A DNA stretch of 64,000 nucleotides. Source: Eledone cirrhosa. Its lineage: Eukaryota. Made by a program: the position numbers and the translations under genes. Shown here in pieces: positions 1-12,593 of this stretch (positions are counted from its first letter, which is position 1; each line of letters begins with the position of its first letter). The stretch covers positions 137,454,001 through 137,518,000 of the forward strand of contig OZ024742.1 in assembly GCA_964016885.1 (NCBI GenBank). Direction: 5' to 3'. The notes beneath the pieces are model-generated. The model was not told the DNA's origin. It saw only the letters and a list, made by a program, of their open reading frames with translations, and ran no database searches.

Positions 1-97
1 TTATGGGCCTGAAATTATCAATAACATCCCCCTTGATCGGGTCTTTTCTCAGCAGCGCCACTGCTCCCCGGCTCACAAAACTGGGAATGCTCCCATA
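1..97 (-). mobile_element. Fragment of Tx1/L1-like LINE ORF2 (region just N-terminal to RT), cut by window edge
   Basis: Minus strand reads GSIPSFVSRGAVALLRKDPIKGDVIDNFRPI. The ...NFRPI motif is typical of the start of non-LTR RTs. Confidence 0.6.
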
Positions 98-104
98 TAG
101 ACTC

Positions 105-706
105 ACTATAAGGGCTGGAGACATGATGTGATTGGCAGGGTGATCCACTGGCACCTATGCAAAGTAAACAATTTACCACATTCTGAGAAGTGGTATGAGC
201 ATAAGCCAGAGTCGGTGATAGAAAACGATCAGGTGAAGATGCTATGGGATTTTAGGATACAGACGGACAAGAAACTGGAACACAATAGACCTGACCTGGT
301 GGTTTTGGACAAGGAAAAAAGATCGTGCCTGATTGTGGATGTGGCCTGCCCATTCGACACGAGAGTGCCAAAGAAGGAGAGGGAGAACATTAACCGATAC
401 CAGGACTTAAAGTGGGAGGTAAAAATGATTTGGAACTGCCATGAAGTCAAAGTCGTCCCGATTGTTATAAGCGCACTAGGTACTATCTCAAAATGTTTCC
501 AGGGATGGTTAAAGAAAATTGGCACCGCCACGCTTTTTGGAACGCTTCAAAAGGCATGCTTGCTGGTAACAGCAAGAACCCTCCGATACGTCCTGAATGT
601 CCGAGGCTGCAGGTAGTGGCTTGATATTCATTTCAACAAACTTTCCAGTTAACTAACATCAATGACTAAGACTCAAAGAAAAATAATAATAATAATAATA
701 ATAATA
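105..706 (+). mobile_element. 3' end of Dong/R4-like non-LTR retrotransposon (restriction-like endonuclease, 3' UTR, (AAT)n tail)
   Basis: YKGWRHD followed by ORF 128-616 with LWDFRIQTD..HNRPDLVV..IVDVACPFD..YQDLK..VVPIVISALG..LQKACLL (PD-D/ExK RLE). Short UTR, then an (AAT)n tail at 682-706. Confidence 0.9.
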
Positions 707-3120
707 ACCCCAAGAGTAACCCCAAGGGAAAAGGCTATAGGAAACGGAAGCATGACATCTGGAACAAGATTAGTATATTTAAATTAGATGAACAAAAATT
801 GGCCGAGCAGGCTCGAGTAATAAGCACTAATGGGTGGATAAGCGAGCTGGAACTTGAGGAACTGAGCAGATAGATTAGGTTGTAAATGGAGAGTGGAGTA
901 TGCCAGGCAAACGAGCCAGTGGGAAATGAACGTGAAGAGGTTGAGGGAACGGAGGAACCATCCGAAGCAGACAATGATCTGAATGCTGAAATAAATAATA
1001 CCTGGAACAAAGATACGGCCATTGAGGTGATGAATGCCGACGGGCTAGGAAAACATTTGGTTGATATCCTAAACTTAGTGGTAGATGAAATGAACAATGA
1101 TAGTAGGAAACCTATGAACTTAAGATTTATAGACAGGAAAAAGTTAAAAGAAACAACAGCTAAGGTAAACAAAGTCATCCCATACCTTGAGGCGAGGAGC
1201 CTTCACCAGTGCAACAATATCCTCAAAGCAACAGCAAATGCGGTGAGTAAATTACTTGGCATAAAAGCGAGAGAATACAAAAAACAAGAAAGATCAGAAC
1301 CTTGGTGGAAGAAACGACTGAATAGACATATCAGGGAAATGAGAAATGACTTGGAAAGCTTGAGTCCCTACTGAATGGGACACTAAAAACATAGACACTA
1401 AAAATAGACTGGAAATAAAGTACAAAACTTGGAGGAAAGGCTAAATATTATCATAGAGGAACTGAAGCAACGCATTGTAGCAAAGAATGCAAAAATTAGG
1501 CGATACGAGAGCAGAGTCAGTCAGTATAGACAGAACCGCATGTTTGACAACAACCAGAAGATGTTGTTTGGACAGCTTGAAGGGAAAGAAAGAGGCAACG
1601 ACTTGATCCCTGAGGCGGAACAAACTAAGACATTCTGGAGAGGAATATGGGAGCAGGATGTTAAACATAATGACCAGACAGTGTGGATTGAGACAGTACA
1701 AAAGGAGATTAGTGAACAGGCACACCAACAAACTGATTTGAGTATCACAGTTGAAATTCTTAAGAGGCAGGCCGAAAAACTAACAAACTGAAAATCACCA
1801 GGCCCAGATGGTGTGCAGGGGTATTGGATTAAAAATGTAACGTCCCTCCACCCGAAACTGACAACCATGTTCAATGACTGCTTGATGTCAGGTGAGGCAC
1901 CAGAGTGGTTGACAAAAAGTACCACAGTTCTGGTAATGAAAGACTGAATCAAGGGTAATGATGTTACCAACTATAGACCTATCACATATCTGTCCATAAT
2001 GTGGAAACTGTTGACAATCATTGTGTCTGAGGGAATCTACCATCACCTCCACACAAACAACTTGTTACCGGAAGAACAGAAAGGATGCTGAAAGAAGTCC
2101 CGTGGTACAAAGGACCAGTATTTAATGATAAGATGGTAATGAGGAATTGCAAGAGGAGACACACTGATCTTGCCATGGGATGGATAGACTACAAAAAGGC
2201 ATTTGACATGGTGCCTCATTCTTGGTTCACCAAAAGCCTAGAGATCTTCAAGGTGGCAGATAACATCAGACAGTTTTTGAGCAAAAGTAGTAAGTATGAA
2301 GTCCTGGAAAACAGAGATAACATCAGCTGGAGAATCCTTGGGAGGCGTGAAGATCAAGAGAGGTATCTTCCAGGGAGATAGTCTGTCCCCTCTGTTGTTT
2401 TTCCTTGCCCTGATGCCCCTGACCATTTTACTGCGAAAAGTGAGAGCAGGATACAAGTTGGGAAAGGGAGACCTTACCATCAATCACTTCCTCTTCATGG
2501 ACGATCTTAAGCTCTTCGGCAAGAGTGAGAAGGAGTTGGATATGCGTGTTGATACTGTCCGTATTTTCAGCAATGATATATGTATGCAATTTGGTATTAG
2601 TAAGTGTGGAGTCCTTGTGATGAAGAGGGGTAAATTGAGCAGAAGCAACGGAATCCAGGTACCAACAGGTGAGATGATAAAGGAAATTGACACTGAAGAA
2701 GGATACAAGTATTTGGGTATTCTGGAGGCTGATGACATCAAGAACAAAAGAATGAAGGAATTGCTAAGATATGAATACATTCGGAGAGTAAGGAGAAGGA
2801 AAAATTTAACCGATACCAGGATTTAAAGTGGCAATTTAAAACGATTTGGGGCTGTCGTGAGATCAAGGTAGTCTCGATTGTCATAGGAGCACTAGGTACT
2901 ATCTCAAAGAGTTTTCCAGAATGGTTAAAGAAGATTAATGCAGCCCCCTTTTTGGAACACTTCAAAAGGCCTGCTTGCTTGGAACAGCAAGAACACTCCG
3001 ATGCGTCCTGAATATCTCAGGCTGCAGGTAGCGGCTTGATATTCATTGGAGCAAACTTTCCACTTAAAACACATCAATGACTGAGACTCCAAGAATAACA
3101 ATAATAATAATAATAATAGT
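707..3120 (+). mobile_element. Decayed Dong/R4-like LINE: N-terminal region and RT, internally deleted, 3' RLE end and (AAT)n tail
   Basis: Broken ORFs carry EPWWKKRL, KSPGPDGVQGYWIK, NYRPIT, WIDYKKAFDMVPHSW, RGIFQGDSLSPLLF, FMDDLKLF and YKYLGILE. 2800-3090 matches 375-680 of the upstream copy. (AAT)n tail at 3094-3118. Confidence 0.9.
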
Positions 3121-4310
3121 TGTATTCATTGGTCTCAAGGGCCGATATATAGGGGACAATACAATAGGCGGATCCAGTGGAGGTTTTACACAAAATAGAG
3201 TAAACAATTTGCCATCTTGTCAGCGCGGCGCAGCACTTCTGCCTTGTTACCCTAGGCCCAAAGCCCAATCAACCTACCCCTTCACCCTTGCTCTTTCATC
3301 TGTGACGCCATAGTTATTGCCATCCCCCTCCCTTTCCTGTTTTTTACATCTTTCTTTCTCTCATTTTTTTTCTATATTTCCCTATTCTTTCCTTTTGTTT
3401 GCCCCCTTTTTTTCTTACTAAATAAGGTTTGTTTTTTGTTGAAAGATACAACAATGAAAATTCTCCAATAGCGTATGGGATAACCAACCACGGGTGATTC
3501 ATGTACCCCACGAATCCTGAACCTACTAACTATTCGTGGGCACCCTGGAAAGGCACCCTTTCATCCTCAGATTAACCAGCCTACAGGCTCATCCTCATTA
3601 CGACATATTCACCCACCTTTTAACAAATGTATTATCAGCACTTCTCTCTCTGCCCTCACATTTCTTTTCCAAGTGAAACTTGAAAAAAATTGATGAGGGA
3701 TTTACTGTTGAGGAACGTGTCTGTCTTCAGTCTTTTCAGCCTGCTCCACCACACAATATTTCTCTACCTGGAAAACTGCTTGCTCTTTCCGGCCAAAAGA
3801 AGGCAGCGGGTCGATCGTGAATATGGACTCGGTGTGTAGCCGAGTCATTTCTACACGGGTCAACAGCTATTCTTCATAACTACACAAGTCAATAATGCAC
3901 GGACACTGGACTAATGCTGGCAGAAAGGTTTCGCCGCTTTGCGAATATCTCGGGCAGATCCGTCGGACAGCAATTCCGAGCCAGTGGAGTTTATCTCGAA
4001 TCGACAGTGCTCTTCAGTATCACTACTAAGCGAGACATTTCTGTGATAGATGACCAACGTCATCCTTTTGTTCCAGCGAAAACAATTTTTTTATTTTATT
4101 TTCGGCAAAGTCGGCTGTAAAGTCGCTCGGTATGCACACGAGGGTAATCAGCCGATGTATACATTTGAGAATACTTCGTATTCTCGGCAGTTTCAGTGGG
4201 TAGCATTGACGGGAATACACAATCTTCATAAAGAACAAAAACTCCGAAACAATAGTTTTCTCTCAGCTACCGTTGGAACAAAGGGGCCACGTTGGTAATC
4301 TAAGAGGCGC
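3121..4310 (-). mobile_element. Degenerate 3' part of Tx1/L1-like LINE
   Basis: The reverse complement of 3121-3210 matches the 3' UTR at 54815-54910 (gtattgtcccctatat.tcggcccttg). 3715-3760 matches the VVWWTRLKGLKTDTF coding stretch of the other copies. Confidence 0.75.
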
Positions 4311-4363
4311 TGTCTATTTGGCTGTTGAGATTGCAAATACACCGAATATGAATAATATTATGA

Positions 4364-4550
4364 TATTAGTAGTCTCGGTAGAGGGTCAGACTCCATGATT
4401 TGCAGCATAGAGTTACGGCCCTTTATGGTCTGAGTTCAAATACCACCGATGTTAACTTTGCCTCTCATCCTTACGGGGTCGATAAAACAAAGTACCAGTA
4501 ATGCACTGATTTAATTGTTGGCCTGGTACCAAAAGTAGAAACAATTATTA
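4364..4550 (+). mobile_element. tRNA-derived SINE (cephalopod family)
   Basis: B-box GAGTTCAAAT, conserved core gcct.tcatccttacggggtcgataaaa.aaagtaccag, tail aaagtagaaacaattatta. About 15 copies in the window. Confidence 0.85.
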
Positions 4551-4633
4551 CAATATTCTGTCACAAATACACACACACTCACACTTATATATATATATAT
4601 ATATGTGTGTGTGTGCATGTGTATCTATATAAA

Positions 4634-4676
<43 letters not shown>

Positions 4677-5191
4677 AGAGAGAGAGAAAGATACATACAT
4701 TTCGAGTATGTCTATGTGTATATATACCTATATACGTGTGCAAAAGAAACTATGCATACAATATTGAAATACAATTACAGCAAACACGTACATTAAGTAA
4801 AGGTAGCTATGCGAATCACAAATTATACCAAGAAACCAATATCCTTAGTTTATCCTTAAGCAGAACATTTAATAATGAAAAATTAAGTGAATATTTTCGA
4901 CATTTTGGGAGTATATTCGTATGTATAATTCTAATTTTTTAGAATTTTATTCACTATAGAATTCATATTAAGGTTTCATACACGAACATATGCTTATACG
5001 TATTGATTTCTTATAATGATTTCTAGTATATATTTGTAATCGTGAGAATACGAAATATTATTCACAAGTAACGGTCTCTTTTGATTGTAATACACATAAA
5101 TTTTAATTTGCACCCCTTCCACTGGCTTGTATAATCTTCTGTTTGTTAATTGTAATCCACACATATACACATATGTATATATATATATATT

Positions 5192-5270
<79 letters not shown>

Positions 5271-5286
5271 GTAAATAGAATAGATT

Positions 5287-5618
5287 GAAACGAAATTTCA
5301 TTTCACACTCTTAGTACGGCACTTATTTAAATGTAAGTATGTATGTATGTATACGTACATACATATATGTATACAGACGTACAGTAGTATGTATATTCAT
5401 ACATACATGCACACATATATAATTGCACGTATCGGTTTAATTGCACGTATAAGGCTCGGTCTGTTTGTTTGTAAACAAACAAACAGCCCGAATTACGCCG
5501 TACAGTGTTTAGGCAACAACGTCACCTTTTTTTTCAACACTGACACATGAACGATGTACTAGTTTCAAGCTTATTAGCTGTGGTCAGCATCGTATACCTT
5601 CCTGCCAGATGGTTGAAC

Positions 5619-5621
<3 letters not shown>
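5287..5621 (-). mobile_element. Hammerhead-bearing non-coding repeat (retrozyme/PLE-like), copy A
   Basis: Homologous to 22079-22440. Hammerhead on the minus strand at 5551-5593 with core CUGACCA (G8 mutated). Flanked by (TA)n. Confidence 0.8.
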
Positions 5622-5653
<32 letters not shown>

Positions 5654-5700
5654 ACTAAGATCGTAACGGTCAGTTCAAGAATTATTCCTTACACTTGAGA

Positions 5701-5785
5701 GGTCTCTTGAGAAGCCGATATCCTCGGGTAAACCTTCGTTGCACTATAGTTGCATTCCAATTAGCGAAACTGCTCAGTCGGGACC
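5701..5785 (+). ncRNA. Degenerate type I hammerhead ribozyme motif
   Basis: Stem I ggtctc/gggacc, core TTGAGAA (departs from CUGANGA), stem II gccgat...attagc, GAAA, stem III ctg-ct-cag, GUC site. Confidence 0.5.
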
Positions 5786-6551
5786 ATGAAGAAAAAAGTA
5801 GATATATTTTGTCTACCCATTTATAATTGATAGATATCTCTAATTAAATGATTATCATTTTTTTTCTTTCTTTCAGTCATTGAACAAAACCGGTTAAGGC
5901 ACAAGGCACCACACACACTTGTATATATATATATATATATATTGTTATACTTTGGGAGGGTCATGTTGCCAATAAGAAACACACGTACCAGTTGCTTTCA
6001 CTTCAATTTATTATATATTTATAAATTTATAAATTTACAAATTTACAAACTTATAAATTTCTGGTTGGTTGGTTGGTTCCACAACCAGATAGTTGTTTAT
6101 ATATAGTCATAGTCCTTTCGTCACACACTCTGTGACCTCTTCAGTGACTGGGGATTCCTTTCTTTGTTTCTGTGCCTTTCCTTTCTTCTATCCTACGCCA
6201 TTTTGTTTCTGTGTGTGTGTTGTGTGCTCAGTTTGCGCATGCGCCACATCCGGGTGTCTGTGTGTGTTTGTGTTCATTTATCTATTTGTTTATTTATTTA
6301 TTTATTTATTGTTGGTTGGTTGTTTGTTCTATGTGTGTGTGTGTTTTCATTTTGTCCTGTGTGTGTTTTCATTTTGTCCTTAATTGTAAGTTGTTTGTTC
6401 TATGCGTGTGTGTGTTTTCATTTTGTCCTTAATTGTAAGTTGTGATGTTGCTGTTCCACTCATATTTTTATTTTTATTTCCCAAAGTATAACAATATCGG
6501 TTTCAACACACGATTTCAGATAAAGAATCTTGCTAAACAAATTCAGAAACG

Positions 6552-6610
<59 letters not shown>

Positions 6611-7682
6611 CATTCTCACCAAGCGTGAAACTAATTGCACTATGTCCATTGACTCCTGCGTTCGTTTGTTTGTCATTTTGAATTATATATATATACTCAT
6701 GCATCTGTTTGTGTATCCTTTATATATACATATATAGTTGTGACATCTATGATAAATATAGTGATTGAACATACTTCAATCTGCTGAAATGAAATAATCT
6801 TACAATATTAAGATAATAGCTTCGCTTAGGTTTGTTAATACACACAAAACGCTACACAGGGAGGTAACTCATAAAGGATCACATCCTACATATATGAAAA
6901 CTACGCAGTTGAGCTGAAATTTATGTCTATTGTCAACAATTGAAATCAACCGGTAGGTTTCGGTGATATTAGATCACAACAACAATCCTGATGATTAGCA
7001 GTGACTTGATTTGGAGCAATCAAAATGTAAAGGAATAGAGAGAAGGAATCTACGTTCATTATATGTATCAGTGTGCTCTGAAGTAAAAAAATATCCGAAG
7101 GGAGTGTTCGTTCTGAGATTTATATTGACTCATTATCTATTGATAACCGAACCTAAATATAATTTATATTTTATAACTGATTTTATTCAATTAGTTGTAG
7201 CCGGAAATATTATGAACGTAAAACAGCACTCAAATAACATACGTTTAAAAGCTTTTGTAGAATATCTTTATGAGTTCCGTCATGTAATTCTTATTCTAAC
7301 TCGCCAAACGAGCTGGGAAAAGATATTGAAACATCAGCAGTGTACATGACTTTACTATGCAGGGGTACAGTAACAATGTCCTCTATTGGTTTCGTGAATA
7401 AAGCAGTTTGTAATTTCATTGTAGATTTTTTTTTTTTTTAGCATTTGATATCGAAACCATTTGATATCGAAACAATTTTTGTCTGAATGTGTTAGTCTTC
7501 GGAAAACAAGTAATTATAATTCAGTGACCCTGATACGGAAATAATGCTCAATGTAGAGACCTTTCATCTGATCAACGACAAGTACCATGGATCCCATAAC
7601 GTAATTTATCTTGGATACTAAAAAGAAAAGCAACACCTACAATTTGGCTCTGTACATGTAACACAAGCAATGTGAAAATTCG

Positions 7683-7717
<35 letters not shown>

Positions 7718-7723
<6 letters not shown>

Positions 7724-8060
7724 AAGAATGAATAATAACAGGTAGACATCATAAAAAGGTAATTTATTCCGTGTGCTTACAAATGTTTCCACGGTGGTAC
7801 TACAGCCTAGTTATGCTATGTGCAAATTTACAACTATTTGCAGAACTCAAATATCCAATGCTGTGGACACTGTATCCTCAGAGCAGAATTTTTGCTCTGA
7901 GGATACAGTGGCCACAGCATTGGCTATTTGAGTTCTGCAAATAGTTGTAAATTTGCACATTGCATAACTAGGCTGTAGTACCACCGTGGAAACATTTGTA
8001 AGCGCACGGAATAAATTACCTTTTTATGATGTTTACCTGTTATTATTCATTCTTTATATA
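7718..8060. repeat. ~343-bp near-perfect palindrome; each arm carries a hammerhead motif
   Basis: Arms 7718-7888 and 7890-8060 are reverse complements with a few mismatches. The plus arm reads gct-CTGAGGA-tacagtgg...ccaccgtg-GAAA-c-attt-g-TA-agc, then AATAAA. Confidence 0.9.
7894..8003 (+). ncRNA. Type I hammerhead ribozyme with extended stem II (mirror copy on the minus strand at ~7774-7885)
   Basis: CTGAGGA 7897-7903, GAAA 7989-7992, GUA site 7998-8000, stem I gct/agc (tgct/agca in the mirror copy), nested stem II pairing. Confidence 0.7.
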
Positions 8061-9762
8061 CACTCCGGAATACAGAAGGATCAGGAACTAAGTTTCTTCA
8101 ACAATTCTTCCATAACTCGTAGAGTAACCTCTCACCGTACGTCAACCATATCCAGTGTAGTAATTAACCATTACTACATCTTGGATAATCCTATACCTAA
8201 TATATATATATATATATTTTTTTTTTTTTTGTTTTTATTTATGTGTGCGTGTGTGTGCGTGTTTGTGTGTTTGTGTGTGTATGTGTGTGGGGGGGGGGCG
8301 TATGAATATCCACATATGGATAAGTATGGACGTCGCCAATTGGTTCAGAATTTCAAGTTGAAATCTTGAGATCCCATGCTTATGAGAACAGATTCATGCT
8401 ATAGTTTGCCTAAGTGAGTTTCTATCATCATACCGACAACATTGGGTTATGGAAAGTGTGTGGAAGACTGTCGAATAGACATCACCTCCAATTCAATGAG
8501 CCATATGTGTCACACTTTATGCCACACTGGTTCGATGTGAGGATTATGTGTAATGCATTTATATGACTAATACACCATCACAACCTATTGCAGCGATCCG
8601 TTAGTCAGTTGATCGTCAAGGTAGAATAATCAACGCTATATTTATTTTACTTTATATGTTGAAAATTAATCCGTACATTATGTATGCGGTCTATGTATAT
8701 TCCAGTTTAAATCAACTACAACCATTAGATTGTATTTTAAGTCAGAGCACAATATTTTAAAGATTTTGGTTCATTTCGTTGTTGATTCACTAAAACTGGT
8801 TATCTTACTATATACTTGATATAGATTCGAAACTTAGATATGGATTACACCAGTAGGAAATTGCCGCTCATACACTGACACACAGACATAAAATTCTGGA
8901 TATATAAATATTTATTGTACAATATGTATATAAAATATACAATTGTTTAAGCGATGACCATGCCACAGCTTTCTCAGAAGCCGCGTGAAAATGTTAGACA
9001 TATATTTTGTGGATTTTTTTTTGTTTGTGAAATCTATTTATTCGTTACTGATACAAGAATAATCTAAAGCTTATTTAGATTTCAGCGTGAGCAACATCGG
9101 TTGAAGATGCATGAAAAAGAACAAAATACTCTGCATGTATATTCCGTATATATAAAGATTCAATATTATCATATAATTCAAAGTTTAGCGCGTGAGCCCC
9201 CATTTGCCTACAATAGTTAGAGATGGGAAGAGCGGTAGAGACGGAGGCAGTGACAGTGGGAGTTTGGCTCTGTTGTGTTTGGAGCTGGATTAATAATTAA
9301 GCGAAATTAACACATTATATTTAGAAGACTTACTCTGATGGCACCAATCAATTCAACTTATAGAAGAACATATAAAGATGTCACATCAAATAGTAAATGA
9401 AAATTACTGTCAACTCTAGTATAGTGCTATATGTGATTGTTTATTGCTAGAATATTGCTAGAAAAATATAAAACTCTCACTGTTTGATTTGGGTTGGTTT
9501 TCACTTCAGTATATTTTTCATATTTCTATAATTAATTCGGTTGGCAATGAATGTTAATCATTGATTGACAAACAATTCAAGATATAAATATAGATATAGT
9601 TTCTCAGAGTTCTTTATAGAAATATAAAAATATATACTGAAGCGTAAACCAAACCAAAGCAGTGTGATTTACTATATATTTATCACCCTCCCCAAATATT
9701 ACAATATATGTTTCAACACACGATTTCATATAAAAAATAAAATTACAAAACAAATATACATA

Positions 9763-9816
<54 letters not shown>

Positions 9817-9835
9817 CGCGAGTCTACATGTTAAA

Positions 9836-9927
9836 ACATATCTGAGGATCTTCTGATTCGAGAGTCAGGTTCGATCATTAATAGATCATTCCTCGAGCTC
9901 ATCGAAAATGAAACATATGTAACATGT
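9836..9927 (+). ncRNA. Type I hammerhead ribozyme motif
   Basis: acatat-CTGAGGA-(ttc.gat.tcgag...ctcga..atcgaa)-GAAA-catatg-TA-acatgt. Palindromic stem III, one mismatch in stem I. Confidence 0.6.
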
Positions 9928-10646
9928 AATTAAATATGTATATGATGCATCACTAATTCTTTGTTTCCTTATATATATATAAATATATATATATTCATCA
10001 TGCATGTATATTATTTGTGAATGTGCGTATATGTGCGTACGAATAGGTTTTCCTTCTATAATCTAATTTTGCCCTAAATGTATCTATTTTCTTCAAAGGC
10101 AAATATTCATGACTATAAGCACAAATACCACATGATATAAATTGTAATTTAACTGGATAAATGAAGTATTAGTAGTAATAATAACAACAACAATAATAAT
10201 ACTAATAACATTTATAGTTATAATGATAATCATAAAGATGATGATGTTGATGATGATGATTATGGTGGATGATGATGCTAATGATGATGATGATCAAATT
10301 AAAAGCAGAGTTACTTCAATAATATGTCAAGTATAGTCTAACCTGCTGCTTCTACTTGTAGCGCTGCTTGCGATTAATAGTCTAAATATCACATAATTTC
10401 ACGTATATCAAACAGTATAGCAAGACTTCCCGCGTAGTTAGGTTAATAGCATTCTCTTCAATGGCACTCTCTTGCCACACATTACGGTTCTTGCATGGCT
10501 GATTGTTACTTACGAACACCACAAACTGTTGCTATACCCATCTGTGTATATATGTTGGTACATCACTGCTGTGTTATTGGTGTGTATTCATAAAATAGAA
10601 ACATATATAAACCTACAAACGCAAACAGCTTTTATACATGCATACA

Positions 10647-10717
<71 letters not shown>

Positions 10718-10836
10718 ACAAAGAGGGACCATAACGCACCAGAGTACTCAATACTTAGAGTAATAGAGTGGGTATTAGTTCAGATCTAGCTCTGTCGAAG
10801 TGGCTGGAGCTCAGCTGCCAGGGTCCAGACTCTTTT

Positions 10837-10904
<68 letters not shown>

Positions 10905-10907
<3 letters not shown>

Positions 10908-11751
10908 GCTGAGGTACCCGCTAATACCCGGGAGCGGGGGTCTTCCCAGTTCCCATTAAAATGCCCATTGTCTCTCAGACCAAAAATAAAATCATAATAT
11001 AGGGCAGATAACGAAAACCGAAGACAAATTCATTTATGAAACAATAATACAAACAAATATTTTTGATTGCATTGGTCAGGCGAAAAAAATTTTTATCAGA
11101 GAAGTTGAGTGTTGCTATAAGGAAAAAATAGAACCCACATTAGGATGTCTTAATATTATTGAAATATGCTGAAATTATGTGAATAGGCATCATATCTTGT
11201 CATTTACCTATGGTTTAAATTTAATACAAATCGAAGGGAAAAGATTTTCATCGGGGGTTTTCATCGCGGGTTTTGTGCCCCCCGGAGAACCCTTTGATCA
11301 AGATGAAATATACTTATCACAGTAACCTGGGCAATGTAGCTTCATAATATGTATGGTTATGGGGGTCTATCTCCAAGACCATAGGAGGAGTTCGTGAAAA
11401 CTTGTTCCATTTATTGGCCAAAATTTTTACATTAGGGAGTTTAACCCCAATTAGGGTATCTTAATAATATTGGATTTTGCTGAAATTTTGTGAATAGGCA
11501 TCCTATCTTGGCATTTACGTATGGTTTAAATTTCATAAAATTCGAAGGCAAATAAGTTTCAGCCGGTGTTTTCAGCGGGGTTTTGAGCCCCCGGGGAACC
11601 CTTTGATTAAAATAATTTATACGTAAGAAATAAAATGGGCATGCGCCCCACACACGTGTCAAGATTCATCATGATCGGTTTGGTAGCTTTTGAGTTTTAG
11701 GTTCACAAACAAACAAACAAACAGACAGAAATTGCCATTTATGTATATAGA
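10905..11751 (-). mobile_element. Non-autonomous Helitron
   Basis: Minus strand starts A|TC-tatatacataaatgg, has (GTTT)n near the 5' end and ends cccg-ggtattag-cggg hairpin..tacctcagCTAG|T. Internal ~170-bp diverged direct duplication (11140-11300 and 11450-11610). Confidence 0.75.
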
Positions 11752-12158
11752 TATAAATATATATATATATTGAAATATAAATATTAATAAAATAGATGTT
11801 CTTTTGATTAGTAATATTTATTAATATTTATTAATATTTATATTTTAATATTAATAACTCCAGAAAATAATTTAATACGTAGAGTGCTTCCAATCTACTG
11901 TAAAACTCATTCTTTGACATAATCATTGAATATCGTTTAACACTTTAATATATATATATATAAGTATGTACACGTACATACACATATGTATACAGACGTA
12001 TAGTAGTATGTATATATATATATACATACACGCACACATATATATATGTACGTATGGATTCACCGAACATTTATTATAATGCTCGGTGTGTTTGTAAACA
12101 AACATCCCGTAATAAGCCAGCAACCATCGTTGCTCGTTTGTTCAACACTGACAAAGGA

Positions 12159-12200
12159 ACGCTGTACTAGTTTCAAGCTTATTAGCTATCGTCAGCAACG
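12159..12200 (-). ncRNA. Minimal type I hammerhead ribozyme, intact core
   Basis: cgttg-CTGACGA-t-agct-aata-agct-t-GAAA-ctag-TA-cagcg. Palindromic ACTAGT stem III, GUA site. Confidence 0.8.
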
Positions 12201-12550
12201 ATGGTTGCTGAACACTACGGTTTAATACGGGATGTTTGTTTACAAACACACCGAGCATTATAATAAATGTTCAGTGAATCCATACGTACATATATATATA
12301 TATGTGTGCGTGTATGTATATATATATACATGCTACTATACGTCTGTATACATACGTGTATGTACGTGTACATACTTATATTTAAGTAACAACCGTACTA
12401 AGAGTGGGAAATGAAATTTCGTTTCATTTTTTCCGTTTATCGTTTTCGGTGCACCCGGCCGATTAACCCACTCGATATGCAAATTAGGTTGCTCAGCCGT
12501 TAATATGCATAAGGTAAGTATATACGTTCAACAATCTGGCAGCATGGTAT

Positions 12551-12593
12551 ACTTTGCTGACGATAGCTAATAAGCTTGAAACTAGTACAGCGT
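12551..12593 (+). ncRNA. Minimal type I hammerhead ribozyme, intact core
   Basis: actttg-CTGACGA(12557-12563)-tagctaataagctt-GAAA(12578-12581)-ctag-TA-cagcgt. One mismatch in stem I. Confidence 0.75.

Noticed and set aside
100-114. gactcactata.ggg resembles the T7 promoter (vector contamination)
   Set aside because: Only an 11-nt match with an extra A; it overlaps the YKGWRHD codons of the LINE.
6944-6997. Minus-strand hammerhead-like fold (aatc/gatt, GAAAcc..ggTT)
   Set aside because: Core reads AUCAGGA with two changes and a poorly placed stem II; not distinguishable from chance.
10780-10830. Possible decayed hammerhead on the minus strand
   Set aside because: Neither CUGANGA nor GAAA is intact.
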